From positions 64,001 to 128,000 of IMG/VR virus record IMGVR_UViG_3300021387_003827: DNA of 64,000 nucleotides. One strand, 5' to 3'. Positions 49,106 to 59,690 of the stretch are shown here, piece by piece. Source of the DNA: a virus (Duplodnaviria > Caudoviricetes). The notes below the pieces were generated by a model. That model was not told the origin of the DNA, made no database searches, and was given only the letters and a program-made list of their open reading frames with translations. The first letter of the stretch is position 1; each line of letters begins with the position of its first letter. The position numbers were made by a program, and so were the translations under genes.

Positions 49106-52100
49106 CTATTTTTGATTCTTAAGACGAAACTTAGTCTTCATCTTATTTAGATCAGACTTAAGACTAGATCCACCTTGATTATATCCAGCATCGTTCTTCA
49201 CAGCCATACCAAGACCAAGGAGATTATTAAGGAACAATTGATTCTGTTCTTTTGCAGACTCATTTCTTGCTTCGTTTATATAATCTTTGGCATTTCTAGC
49301 TAGAAGAACGCTCAATTCCATCTCACCGATCTTCTGTCCGGTGGTCCTATATCTACCCTTTCCTAAGATTGGTTCATCTTTTCTAGGGGATATGTCGACG
49401 CCGTATAGAGATGTTGTTACTTTATTAGAATATGATGGAATATGATATAGCTCTTCCAAAGTCATCCAACCAACCTGTAAGGGCTTATCAACTTTTGTAT
49501 ACTTTCCTTGAAGATTTTTTACTATCTTATCATACTCTTCTTCACTTAGATTTTCCTTGAGCTCGTCCATATCAGTTACCTGTATAGACGGCATAAGAAT
49601 TTCGCTCTGAGACTCTAAACCTAAATCCTCCATCCACCCTTGAACTTTGGCTGGGGTGAAATCAGAGAAGCAACCTACATTAAAGTAGTATACCTCCTCG
49701 ATTGGCTTAGTTTCATGAAGTTTTATAAAATCCTCAACATCCATCTTAGTATATCGGCCGGGATAATACTTTTCAAGAAGCGGCATTATTTTCTTTTGAC
49801 CAGTCTTTGTCTTTCTATACTCATCAACTAGATCGTATAATTTATGAGCTATGTTTCCCAAAGACTGCTCAAGAAGGACACCAGCAATTTTTCGGTTAAT
49901 GGTTGAGTAAGGATTCATAACAACCTCTACCCTATATTGTTTACCAGTACCTTTCTCTACCATAATAGGCATAAGTTCATCAGGGAATACCTTTGAAACT
50001 ACACCTTTACCGCCATATCTATTAGTGACCTTTGAACCAACCATTAAGATAGTTTTCTTTATAAGACGAATTCTGACGGTGTATACAACCTTATAATCTT
50101 TAGAATCCATTATAATTGGATCTAAACGATCTGATGCTATATACTCAGGGAATTTGTCATATATAATTTTCCTATCTTTAGTTGATTCGTACTCTGAGAT
50201 AACATGTTCCGACTGACGAGAGAAAGAATAGTCTGGTTTCTTTACTGACTTAGGAATAGTAGGATTTTTCATTTCCTGGAAGATAACATCAGATACATAG
50301 GCTTCATCAATGTTATTTGGAACTTTCATACTTCCCTCTACCGTATATTCAGTAAGATCTTTTCCCTGTTCTCCAAATAAGCCACCAAGTTTATCATTAA
50401 GGGCTTTATTTATCTCATCCAGTCGAACAGCCTTAAAAAATGTAACTATAGAATCTCCAGACTTGACTCTCGTACCAATAGGAACAACCCACTTAAGAGC
50501 TGCACTATTCTTTACGTTAAATGTCAGGTCTATGATAGAGTAGTGTGCCATTCTGTTAGCATAGGATTCAGAAACAACAAGGGCATCTTCATTTACAAGA
50601 CCAAATTCAGCATGGAAGAGAACCAAAGTATTCAATCCGGCCTTGTATGTATTATCACCTAGTCCCACTGCTCCAGTTATGATATCTCCCTTCTTGACAG
50701 TCTGACCTTTCTTAACTTTCGGTTGGGTATAGACAGAGACATCATTTATGGACTGAATTGCTGTTCTCCTCAGCACATCTACCTCAGATTTATCCGGAAG
50801 TTCGATAATAACCTTATCCTCTGTGATATCCTTAACTTTTCCCTCAGGATAGTTAAATCTTTCATTTAAGATGTTATCATCAAGCTCCATAGAATTTCCG
50901 GTATCTACTAAGGGTCTCTGTGCATGAACTAGAGGAATACTTTGTTTAAGCATTGAAGTACCCATAGACATACGAACAGAGTCAGTATAGTTTATGAATG
51001 GAATACGCCTTGTTGTTTCACTAAGGCGATAATCAGGGTGCAGGTCTAAGAGTTCCACCTCTTCAACCGGAACCATAATTCTCTTCATTCTATACTTAAC
51101 TTCTACTTGACCCTTATCATCCGGCTTTATAGTATTGGTGTTATAGTCAAGATATTCTGAAGCACATACCTTTGAATTGAGATAGTCTATATAAGGAATC
51201 TCAACAACAGCCCAATCCTTAGTCATCACCTTAAACATAACACCCTCATCTGTAATCCTGGTAGACACAGTAAGAGCATTCTGTAGGTTAGTATTCTGGT
51301 TGATTGGAGTATCTACGATATCTATAAGATCTGAAAAGGTATTATTAAAGGCTACAGTTTCTGGAATAACTATTTTACTTCCTACACTTTGAAGATTTAT
51401 AGCATTTACACCAGAAGCAATCTGTAGGTTAGAGTCGCCCTTACTATTATTATCTCCTTTAAAGAATCTAAATGCAAGTGTAGATATTGGTCTTATTTCA
51501 TCTTGTAGTTTAGAGTTCTTGGTCCAGTATGAAGTAATTCGTTTTCTAGCACTATAATAATTCTTTTTATTATTACTGCGGAAAAGATACTGCATAAAAG
51601 CCACAGGAACTGATTCTACAGTTTTATCGATAATAAGGTCCTTTAATCTATCATCTCCAAATGCTAAACACTCCTGAATCAACTGTTGGGTAATATATTC
51701 TGGAACATAGTTTAGATCAAGTTTAATCTGAAATTTCTTACTCTGATACTCGGTCAATTTCAATGCCTCTCTGTCGGGATATGAATCTATCTTGTCAAAA
51801 GGTATTTCAGTTTTCCATCGAGTAGCAAAAGGATTATCTTGATCTTTCATCTTGAGAACTCCTTTCTTGATGTCGTATCGCCTCATAAAGTCAAAATTAA
51901 CAATATGCTCACCTGTACCAGACATCTTAATACGACAATCATAGTCAGAGCCCATCCTGTTAGTATTGATTCTATATGCTCCCTCTAGAATGAATGCTCC
52001 ATCGATTTCTCTAGGAACTTCAAAATAGGACTGATATATTGTAGGATCATCATTAATCGTATAATCTAGAATGACACGAAAGACGGCAGTTAGCTCATTC

Positions 52101-52258
52101 TCAATATAATATGAGGCAGGCTGAACCGGATCGTCTGCTATGTGCCATTTAAGGCTTGTCAATTTAGCCTTAGGATTATATATATCAGTTGCATTAAAGA
52201 ATCTATTTACTATTATATCTGCTCCTTGATTTTTAAAATATTCGTTAAAACTACTCAT
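49106..52258 (-). CDS. rpoB: phage multisubunit RNA polymerase beta subunit
   Basis: SMLKQSIPL, NEDALVVS, GSKVTNRYGGKGVVS, VMNPYS and GQKIGEMEL motifs. Confidence 0.92.
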   Translation of the reverse strand: MSSFNEYFKNQGADIIVNRFFNATDIYNPKAKLTSLKWHIADDPVQPASYYIENELTAVFRVILDYTINDDPTIYQSYFEVPREIDGAFILEGAYRINTNRMGSDYDCRIKMSGTGEHIVNFDFMRRYDIKKGVLKMKDQDNPFATRWKTEIPFDKIDSYPDREALKLTEYQSKKFQIKLDLNYVPEYITQQLIQECLAFGDDRLKDLIIDKTVESVPVAFMQYLFRSNNKKNYYSARKRITSYWTKNSKLQDEIRPISTLAFRFFKGDNNSKGDSNLQIASGVNAINLQSVGSKIVIPETVAFNNTFSDLIDIVDTPINQNTNLQNALTVSTRITDEGVMFKVMTKDWAVVEIPYIDYLNSKVCASEYLDYNTNTIKPDDKGQVEVKYRMKRIMVPVEEVELLDLHPDYRLSETTRRIPFINYTDSVRMSMGTSMLKQSIPLVHAQRPLVDTGNSMELDDNILNERFNYPEGKVKDITEDKVIIELPDKSEVDVLRRTAIQSINDVSVYTQPKVKKGQTVKKGDIITGAVGLGDNTYKAGLNTLVLFHAEFGLVNEDALVVSESYANRMAHYSIIDLTFNVKNSAALKWVVPIGTRVKSGDSIVTFFKAVRLDEINKALNDKLGGLFGEQGKDLTEYTVEGSMKVPNNIDEAYVSDVIFQEMKNPTIPKSVKKPDYSFSRQSEHVISEYESTKDRKIIYDKFPEYIASDRLDPIIMDSKDYKVVYTVRIRLIKKTILMVGSKVTNRYGGKGVVSKVFPDELMPIMVEKGTGKQYRVEVVMNPYSTINRKIAGVLLEQSLGNIAHKLYDLVDEYRKTKTGQKKIMPLLEKYYPGRYTKMDVEDFIKLHETKPIEEVYYFNVGCFSDFTPAKVQGWMEDLGLESQSEILMPSIQVTDMDELKENLSEEEYDKIVKNLQGKYTKVDKPLQVGWMTLEELYHIPSYSNKVTTSLYGVDISPRKDEPILGKGRYRTTGQKIGEMELSVLLARNAKDYINEARNESAKEQNQLFLNNLLGLGMAVKNDAGYNQGGSSLKSDLNKMKTKFRLKNQK

Positions 52259-52608
52259 TATAATAGTGTTTTAATATTGATTTGTTTATATTCACAATCT
52301 ACCGAATTAAAAAACTCCTCCATCTCTTCTCTTATCTTGTCCTTTAAATCTCTAGCAGCAACATATTCTTCCATAGGTAAATTTCCTTGGCACCTTATAA
52401 AAGCATCAAAGGAAACTAGGTAATTATACGTGTCTTTGAGTTGATATAGGACAAGCTTTACAGAAAATCTCTCATATTTTTCCGGAATACAGGTCTTAAG
52501 GGATTCATAGAAAATATCCCTTGCCTTTTTTATATCCGGTTCCTGAGAGTCTAAGATGTTATATGGAATTTCATAAGCCAAGGATATTTTATAATAATTA
52601 TTACTCAT
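52258..52608 (-). CDS. hypothetical protein in the RNAP operon
   Basis: 116-aa ORF abutting the beta gene. Confidence 0.65.
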   Translation of the reverse strand: MSNNYYKISLAYEIPYNILDSQEPDIKKARDIFYESLKTCIPEKYERFSVKLVLYQLKDTYNYLVSFDAFIRCQGNLPMEEYVAARDLKDKIREEMEEFFNSVDCEYKQINIKTLL

Positions 52609-52612
52609 AATC

Positions 52613-52846
52613 TTAAAAATTATCCAAATTCATTAGGTTTCCTCCAACCAACTTCCCCGCTGGCTTATCTGGAGTATTCCCCTCTGACTTATTACTTTCT
52701 ACCTTCTTCTTTTTTGTAGATTCAGGTACATTCTTAACTAAAGAAGGGGAGGTGGAAGTGTTACAAACCACCTCTCCATCTCTTCTTATTGTAATGTTGA
52801 TACTGAGCTCTCTTTCAAACTCAGGCACTTCAAATTCTATCTTCAT
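52613..52846 (-). CDS. hypothetical protein in the RNAP operon
   Basis: 77-aa ORF coupled to the beta' stop codon. Confidence 0.55.
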   Translation of the reverse strand: MKIEFEVPEFERELSINITIRRDGEVVCNTSTSPSLVKNVPESTKKKKVESNKSEGNTPDKPAGKLVGGNLMNLDNF

Positions 52847-54052
52847 TACTTTATATCTAATTGATCCTGAAGTAATAGACCGAGGATAGTATTTGTCATG
52901 ACGTCACCCTCAAGATGGATTTCTCCCTTAAGAGCTTTATCAACAATACGAGAGCTATAACCATAAGATAGCGCAGTATAGAATGAATCTCTATTAAGAA
53001 CACTCTGCTGAGTTCCCTGATATTCAATTTCTTCTATCTTTGATGTCTTAGGATCATATACTACTTTAGTTAATCCAGTAAACAAGAGTTCTATAATTTC
53101 TTCCTGAGTTGAGGAATATGATGAAATTCCGGTCTTAGCGAAATCACCATCAGTAAGTGAATATAGTTGTTTTCTGAAGATTAGATAGATTGTATTAAGA
53201 TCAGTTCCCAGCTCTGATATCACATGAGGCATATTTTCAACGCCAGAACATATCCTATCATACTTAGATACGGAAGCTCCATCTGGGAAATAGTACATAC
53301 ACAAAGGATTGTACTGATACTCTCTACCATTAATCGTAACTTTTATATCACCACGATCAGTTTCTTCATAGTGTATAGTTCCTGACTCTAGAGCATAGCA
53401 ATCGGAAACTATAACATTTTCTTTTTCGAAATACTTAAGGCCAACACTTCCTTTAGCTCTCATCAAGGATACCATTGCATTAAGTTTATAGATAGGAGAA
53501 GTCGTATTATAAGCAACACAAACATTTTCGCCTTTCTCAAACTTATCTTTATTTAGAGTAACTAAATTATCGGGACGGGGATATTTTAATTCTTCCCCAC
53601 CACGGACTCTAAGGTAAATCCATCTTCCCTCCTCTCGGAAAGTACAGGATTTAGGAGCAACAAGATATCCAGTTCTATCAAGGACTCGCTCGTGACCACC
53701 ATGCTTTAATCCAAGAGCAGCCTGAGTAGTTCCTTCAGAGAATGATGTAGCTAATGATAACCCAATAGCACTGCCGTCTGTAAAATCAGTCATCTTATAC
53801 CCGAGAAGATCTGGAGTAACTACACTTAAGTTTCCTTTATTCTTAGTTACAATAGATCGGACGGGTACTAGATCATCTTCATTAGGTTTAGCAATTGGAG
53901 TTGTTGGATATTTCTTACCGTTGGGAGCTGTTCTTCCTAAGGCTTTATACCTAGGAATCATAAGTCCCGGATTGTCAGGATCTTCTCCATCATGATAAAC
54001 AAAATTATTAAGAAGGAAAGATATCTGACGAGTTAAGTAACCAGACGACGGA
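52846..54052 (-). CDS. rpoC: RNA polymerase beta' subunit, exon 2
   Basis: Frame is open upstream of the track ORF and reads PSSGYLTRQ (bridge-helix end). Also contains the trigger-loop motif SEGTTQAALGLKHGG. Confidence 0.88.
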
Positions 54053-54415
54053 CATGTAGAAATTTTAGGAGAGGATTATATTTCTACCTCGGCTATATTT
54101 CTATAACCTATTAGACTATACCATGAACCCGCTATATGGTCCCATTAGTACTTAGTCGTTGAGCTTATTATTCTTCTCGCTAGAAGAATTCTTAAGGCGA
54201 TAAAATTCATTGATTTCGCCCATTAATTTCGACATAGCCAAAATAACTGTAACTAGTGCCGAAGAAACTTTTACAAAAACTTCTATTCTATTCATTTAAT
54301 AATAAGTTGCTGATTTAATTTGTAGGGCCTGATTACATTTACCACCCTATCACCTTATTCCAGCATTTTTCTAATGTTTTATAGTGACGCTCCGTTTATT
54401 TCCGTCAGTTACTAA
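54053..54415 (-). ncRNA. group I self-splicing intron (363 nt) in the beta' gene
   Basis: Minus strand has P AATGCTGGAA, Q AATCAGCA, R CTCAACGACTA and S GGTATAGTCT. P3 CATTAG/CTAATG, P7 GACTA/TAGTC. P1 GGCGU/GCGUC with a U.G at the 5' splice site, P10 GACGGA/TCCGTC, terminal G. Splicing restores ..QSGV-PSSGYLTR. Confidence 0.9.
54152..54295 (-). CDS. intron-internal small ORF (47 aa, hydrophobic N-terminal half)
   Basis: ATG..TAA reading MNRIEVFVKVSSALVTVILAMSKLMGEINEFYRLKNSSSEKNNKLND, between the Q and R elements. Confidence 0.35.
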   Translation of the reverse strand: MNRIEVFVKVSSALVTVILAMSKLMGEINEFYRLKNSSSEKNNKLND

Positions 54416-56559
54416 ACGCCACTTTGCTTAATCGATTGCAAAGATCTATTTTCAATAGCATGAAATCTATATTCATCCTCAGTCATACCACTAAGAAGTG
54501 ATCCATGTGTTATGATTGGCTGTTCATCTACACCACTAATAATAAGTTGTGGCATATTCATAGATGATATAGAAGAAATCTTTACACGACCTGCACGATT
54601 AAGCTCATTCTTTAGGTCGTCGGAGAATGTTGCCTCTACTTCCTTTTGATATTGGTCATAAAGTGGAGTAATTAAGGCAGTTTTTTGTTGGTCCGTGAGA
54701 TCCGGAGAATCAACAATTTTTCTAAGCTTTTGATATGTCTCAGTGTTTGTGTCCGTAAATAGGGTATCAAAAGAGAAAGTAACTACACCTGCCAGAGACA
54801 CTACACGAAGACAAAACTTCTGTAATTCTCTTCTCTTTTCAATACCATCTTCAGGGAAATCACATAGATATGCAGAAAGCTTGGTTGCAGCCTTAGCATC
54901 CATTCGTGTATACATATCTTTGGTAAAACCGAGATCATCCATATCCCTCTCAAGAATCTTAGATATTCTGATTTTACCATAAGTCGTAATCTTACTTTGA
55001 TAATCTACCTTACCAGCTTTTCCTGTAAATACAATAGGCGTACCAACCTTAATTGTATGATCAACCTCCACATCACGAAGAAGTTTCACATAATCATCAT
55101 AGAAATATCTTGGTTCCTTTAACTCTTCTGGATCTTCTGGAGTCCATTCAGTGGCTACGGCAAGACCATTTAATGTTTCATGATTTATAGTTGGAATAGG
55201 AGCACCATTCTTTTTATAGAATGTTACATACCTTGGAGACATTTGTCTATATGTATCTTCTTTGGCAGATTCAGGAACAAGCTGAATTGAAATAGTATCA
55301 CCATCGAAGTCAGCATTTAAAGGAGTACAAATACTAATAGGAAATTTCAAAGCATACTCGTCGTCTACCAATCTTACCTTAAGACAGAACATACTGTACT
55401 CATGAAGAGAAGGCTGGCGGTTAGCTAAGACTACCTGATTTTCCGCGTACTCTTTAAATAACTTTTGGGTCTCTGGATTGAAAGCCTCCAATTTAGTTGC
55501 CTTAAGTGCTTCTTTCTTCGTGAAATTAAGCTTGCTCATTAGATATTCACAGAATCCCTCTCTCATCATCTCATAAGCGATGTGAGTAGGAACACCGATC
55601 TCATCAATAGCCAGGTCAACAGAAGGAACAATTGGACAACGGGCAGAGTTTTTGGTACGTACCGCATAAAGGTTTCGTGCTAAATTCTTTTTTGAGGTAT
55701 TAAGAAGCTCAGTCGCCTCTGTTTTACCAGTATTAAGGAATGCTCGAAGTAGTGCTGTATACCTAACCCTTTCTCCAGGAGTCTCCAGAGAATTCATAAT
55801 GTCTTCATAGTTCATTGAATTAGATACCTTGTCTTCGACACAACAAAGTCTAATCACAATACTATACCATACAGACATTGGGTGAGTTCCCATTACTTTC
55901 TTATCCCCCTTATATCCAACTGTGAAAGGACGCATCATAGCTGGGAGTACAAGATAGTAACGATTAATTAGTTTCATAAATCCCGTGAGCCTGTCGGGAA
56001 AATGTTCAGAGATAATTTTAATTAATCCTTCATAAGAACATTTATTTTCATCAGTTATAAATTCAGATATTTTAAGCTCTTTCTTAGTTGGATTGTAATC
56101 AAACTGACAAGAATCAAATACCTTAATTCCTAACTTCTTGGCTCCTCTGCTGCTATATCCTCCCCTCTTAAGATCATCGGCCGCAAAATCAAGGACAATC
56201 TTCGTATCCGAGAATATATCATCAAAAGTTGCTTTAAAGATATCAAATCTAAGCTCGTTGAGATAATAAAAGGGAAGTTCTATTCTAGCAAATCTTCTTA
56301 AACCTTCTTCCATAGTAAATACCCTGGCACCACAATTAGGGCAAGGTTCAGAAGAAGGTTGTCTAATTTTACCACATATACATCTATCCGCAATAGGTGA
56401 TCCAAAGACATCCACGTCGTAAACACCACCAGGAATAGGTTGTGGGGTATTAAACTTTAGATTTAAATCTCGATGGTCGAAAAGAATTCTATCTTTACCA
56501 TCACTTCTAGAATAATCTACAATAGCCTCATCTGTTAATAGTTCAAGAGATACTGGCAT
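54416..56559 (-). CDS. rpoC: RNA polymerase beta' subunit, exon 1
   Basis: N-terminal Zn finger (C.CG..CPNCG), NRQPSLH and catalytic NADFDGD. Spliced product is 1116 aa. Confidence 0.92.
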
Positions 56560-56561
56560 AC

Positions 56562-57671
56562 TTAATTATTTATAACTGGTTCCATATCTTTCCAAATTAC
56601 TCGAGAAGCAACCTCAGAGTCAACGGGAGTATTATTCTTAGCCCACTCCTTATAGACCTGTTTTACATCTGCTATAGCATCAGATCTAGTTTTATCCTTG
56701 AGCTTTTCATAAACTCCTGCTTCTTCATCTATGACTACTTCTATATAATCGGAAATGACATCTTGCGTAATAGCTTTAGAGGTGTTAGTAAATCTACCTC
56801 TATACTCTCTATAAACAACCACATCATCATAAGTAAGATCGAGGTCACTATACTCAGATGATGTACGGATTTCGGCGGGTTCTTTTACAAACCAGGCGAG
56901 CTGCATTTTTCTAACCCTATCTGCAACTTTCTGTCTACCTAAATCTTCATATTTTCTTGCTAACTCTTCTACAACATCATACTTTGCCTTGGTTATTTCC
57001 TCCATAGCCCTAGAAATCTGATCTTGATATACTTTAGGCATGGTAGGACAATTAATAACCAGGTCGTACATTCCTGAAGAGAATAAGAAAATAATAAACG
57101 CCGGGATTTGACGCTGTTTTCTCTTTTTAGACACAACGGAATCTTTAGATAGATCTCTGTTTGCAAGATAATCAATGAATCGTGCAATCTGTTCTCTAGC
57201 TTCTTCTGCAAAAACTCTATTAAATCCATAATCTTCATCAAGGTCAAGGTCTATATCAAGATCTTCACCCTTTAATGGAGTATCAGGAGTATAAATAGAA
57301 TTAGACATTCTAGAGTGACCTTGTTTTCCAAACATCTCATTAACAATTAATGATATTGTCGACTGAGATGTATGCCTTGGATTTGCTGACACCACTGTAT
57401 AAGCCGCATCAAGAATCGCATTTTCACTTTTCTTACCTGCGGCTACTACATCATCATAAGCAGTAATAAGCCAGGCCTCTCTTTTGGTCAGTTTATTCTT
57501 ATACTTAGATACATCAATGTCATTTGGACTACTCTTTTCGTCATCATCAGAATCGCTAGAACTGTCAGAATCATCGTCATCATCATCAGGGGGCTTAGGA
57601 GCATCTTGTGGACCATAAAATCCATCTTCGATCAGCTCTTCGTCATCTTCTAACAAATAATCATCTTCCAT
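56562..57671 (-). CDS. hypothetical protein with acidic N-terminus, first gene of the RNAP operon
   Basis: 369 aa; D/E-rich N-terminus; ends 2 bp before the beta' start. Confidence 0.75.
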   Translation of the reverse strand: MEDDYLLEDDEELIEDGFYGPQDAPKPPDDDDDDSDSSSDSDDDEKSSPNDIDVSKYKNKLTKREAWLITAYDDVVAAGKKSENAILDAAYTVVSANPRHTSQSTISLIVNEMFGKQGHSRMSNSIYTPDTPLKGEDLDIDLDLDEDYGFNRVFAEEAREQIARFIDYLANRDLSKDSVVSKKRKQRQIPAFIIFLFSSGMYDLVINCPTMPKVYQDQISRAMEEITKAKYDVVEELARKYEDLGRQKVADRVRKMQLAWFVKEPAEIRTSSEYSDLDLTYDDVVVYREYRGRFTNTSKAITQDVISDYIEVVIDEEAGVYEKLKDKTRSDAIADVKQVYKEWAKNNTPVDSEVASRVIWKDMEPVINN

Positions 57672-57732
57672 ATTCTTTTAATTCATATTTAAAAATTTAA
57701 TAATCAGGGGCAGAAAAACTCTGCTCCACTAT

Positions 57733-57744
57733 CATATATCAGGA
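57733..57744 (-). promoter_or_regulatory. putative phage promoter motif (TCCTGATATATG)
   Basis: Variant of the recurring motif, ~60 nt upstream of the RNAP operon. Confidence 0.45.
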
Positions 57745-57798
57745 TTTATCGTCCCCAGAAGCGCGTTTTTTCAATTTGGACGAAAAAAAAACAAGTTG

Positions 57799-58113
57799 CT
57801 ATGGACAACCTTGTGGTGTTCTTTCTATTTTTTCTTTGAGGAGATACATTCCATTCACAACAGCATCTCTAAATGCATTGAAGGATTTTTCATAAAACTC
57901 TGACTCTTTATATGAATCAGTTTCTTTATCCAGGGCCTTTGAATAATATTTGTTTCTGTAAAGATTATACTGAATAAAAACTTCTATGCCATTTTCACTC
58001 AAGAAGTCAAATATCTCTGCATATGTAATTTCATCTATATTTCCTGATATTTGAACCCCAGAATCAATAATAGATTCCTTTGATACATTATCTAATTTTC
58101 TAGTGTACTCCAC
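57799..58113 (-). CDS. hypothetical protein
   Basis: 104-aa ORF. Confidence 0.6.
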   Translation of the reverse strand: MEYTRKLDNVSKESIIDSGVQISGNIDEITYAEIFDFLSENGIEVFIQYNLYRNKYYSKALDKETDSYKESEFYEKSFNAFRDAVVNGMYLLKEKIERTPQGCP

Positions 58114-58325
58114 CGTGTTAAAATTAATTCCTGTAGTTGAGGAGGTATCCCCACTTCTTGAAGACTAATTTCCTTCTTCGTCTCGGGCAGCTCTAGATAT
58201 AAAACTGTTTCTGCCTCGGGGAAAAACATAATCTTCTGCCCTATAAAATCTGAATAATTTTCAGGAGGAATAGAAAACATATGTAATCCTCCCTCCTGAT
58301 TTTTCTCTATATAAAACGATATCAC
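58092..58325 (-). CDS. hypothetical protein
   Basis: 77-aa ORF. Confidence 0.5.
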   Translation of the reverse strand: MISFYIEKNQEGGLHMFSIPPENYSDFIGQKIMFFPEAETVLYLELPETKKEISLQEVGIPPQLQELILTRWSTLEN

Positions 58326-58328
58326 TTT

Positions 58329-58697
58329 TTACTGTTCATTTCTTTCTTCCCACCGTTTCTGCTTTTCGGCGCGTCTCTCCATTTCTTTCGGAAGATATTC
58401 ATCGCGCAAAGGAGACACAACAGTAGCATAGAAATAATTCCAAAGACTGTCAGGCAATCCAAATTTTACTTTATTTGAAATACCGGTCCACTTCTGTTTA
58501 ATCTGATCTACGGCATTCTGAAATCCCTTAACATTCTCCCCATCTCTGTTATATTCTGATGTTCCGGGGAGATTAACTTTAAAATACTCCAGTGCTGATT
58601 TGAACTCTTTAGTGATATCCTCAAGAAACTTATCTTGTTTCTTAGTAGCCCAACCATTTCCCAGGTTGTATTTCTTTATAAAATCTAATGGTTTCAT
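58329..58697 (-). CDS. hypothetical protein
   Basis: 122-aa ORF preceded by the recurring motif. Confidence 0.65.
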   Translation of the reverse strand: MKPLDFIKKYNLGNGWATKKQDKFLEDITKEFKSALEYFKVNLPGTSEYNRDGENVKGFQNAVDQIKQKWTGISNKVKFGLPDSLWNYFYATVVSPLRDEYLPKEMERRAEKQKRWEERNEQ

Positions 58698-58699
58698 AT

Positions 58700-58711
58700 C
58701 ATTAATAAGGA
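58700..58711 (-). promoter_or_regulatory. putative phage promoter motif (TCCTTATTAATG)
   Basis: 2 nt before the ATG at 58697. Confidence 0.5.
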
Positions 58712-58813
58712 ATTCGTAGGAATAAATTTCCTAGCTGCAATATAACATTTCCTATAAATATTATCATAGTGCCAATAATTATAAAGGGCGCTGCGATAAG
58801 AAATGATAATATT

Positions 58814-59056
58814 TTAAGAATTGAATTTAAGAATCGCATCTTCCAGGTTTCTAGTTTCATATATAGCCTCGGCGTGATCTTCTATATAAAAGCTTACGCT
58901 GGGTACTTCTTCTATATGCGTAACAGATATAAGCTTTCTTCCGTTCCCGTTAGAAGCTATAACATTTTCAATACTACAAATAAGATCTTCTATTTTAACC
59001 ATAACTTCATTGTTCTTTAAATACTTCACACGCGATACATAATCATAATTCACCAC
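58814..59056 (-). CDS. hypothetical protein
   Basis: 80-aa ORF in a chain of small genes. Confidence 0.55.
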   Translation of the reverse strand: MVNYDYVSRVKYLKNNEVMVKIEDLICSIENVIASNGNGRKLISVTHIEEVPSVSFYIEDHAEAIYETRNLEDAILKFNS

Positions 59057-59264
59057 TCTCTTTCGCGTGTTTTAAAGCTTCCCAAAAACCTATTGAGGGA
59101 TCACATCGCAATTCCCAAAACCCAACATTTGTCGAGTCTTCAATATTTGTAATTGGGTAGTCTGGTTGTGCATGTCCTCCCATATTTATCATAATAAAGT
59201 CATCATCATCAACCTTCTCAAGTTCTTTAAGTAACTCTCGTTTAGTAAATTTATAATATCCCAT
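59043..59264 (-). CDS. hypothetical protein
   Basis: 73-aa ORF. Confidence 0.55.
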   Translation of the reverse strand: MGYYKFTKRELLKELEKVDDDDFIMINMGGHAQPDYPITNIEDSTNVGFWELRCDPSIGFWEALKHAKESGEL

Positions 59265-59267
59265 AAT

Positions 59268-59453
59268 TTAGTTTTTATCTCTGTGTCTGTTACGCCATAT
59301 TTCGGACACTTTACAAAAATCATCATCATTCAGCGTCCAGATAACACACTCAAATAATAGTTGCCTTTTCTTTGGAACTATTGCTATTACTCTATCAACA
59401 TCAAGTTCACATTCACCATACTGTGGATGTGTAATTGTAACTATTCTATCCAT
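59268..59453 (-). CDS. hypothetical protein
   Basis: 61-aa ORF. Confidence 0.55.
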   Translation of the reverse strand: MDRIVTITHPQYGECELDVDRVIAIVPKKRQLLFECVIWTLNDDDFCKVSEIWRNRHRDKN

Positions 59454-59456
59454 TTT

Positions 59457-59690
59457 TTAATACATTTCTATTGCTAAAAGATAAGCCAATATAGTGATAG
59501 GCCAGAAAGCTATTAATAACCCGTCAACAAATAACTCTATAAAATCATTTGTGTCATATAATATCCCTAACTTATCACAAATTATCGTTCCTAACAATGA
59601 ATATAGAAGGAATGCCAAAATAATCAATACTATCATATCACTATAAAAGGCTTTTACCTCTCTTCTCTTCTCTTTATAGAGACTATACAT
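59457..59690 (-). CDS. small membrane protein (two TM helices)
   Basis: Two hydrophobic stretches; FWPI motif. Confidence 0.55.
   Translation of the reverse strand: MYSLYKEKRREVKAFYSDMIVLIILAFLLYSLLGTIICDKLGILYDTNDFIELFVDGLLIAFWPITILAYLLAIEMY

Noticed and set aside
52846-56559. Naturally split beta' (two separate subunits, as in phiKZ-like phages)
   Set aside because: The gap has complete group I intron features, and precise splicing restores the conserved SGYLTR context.
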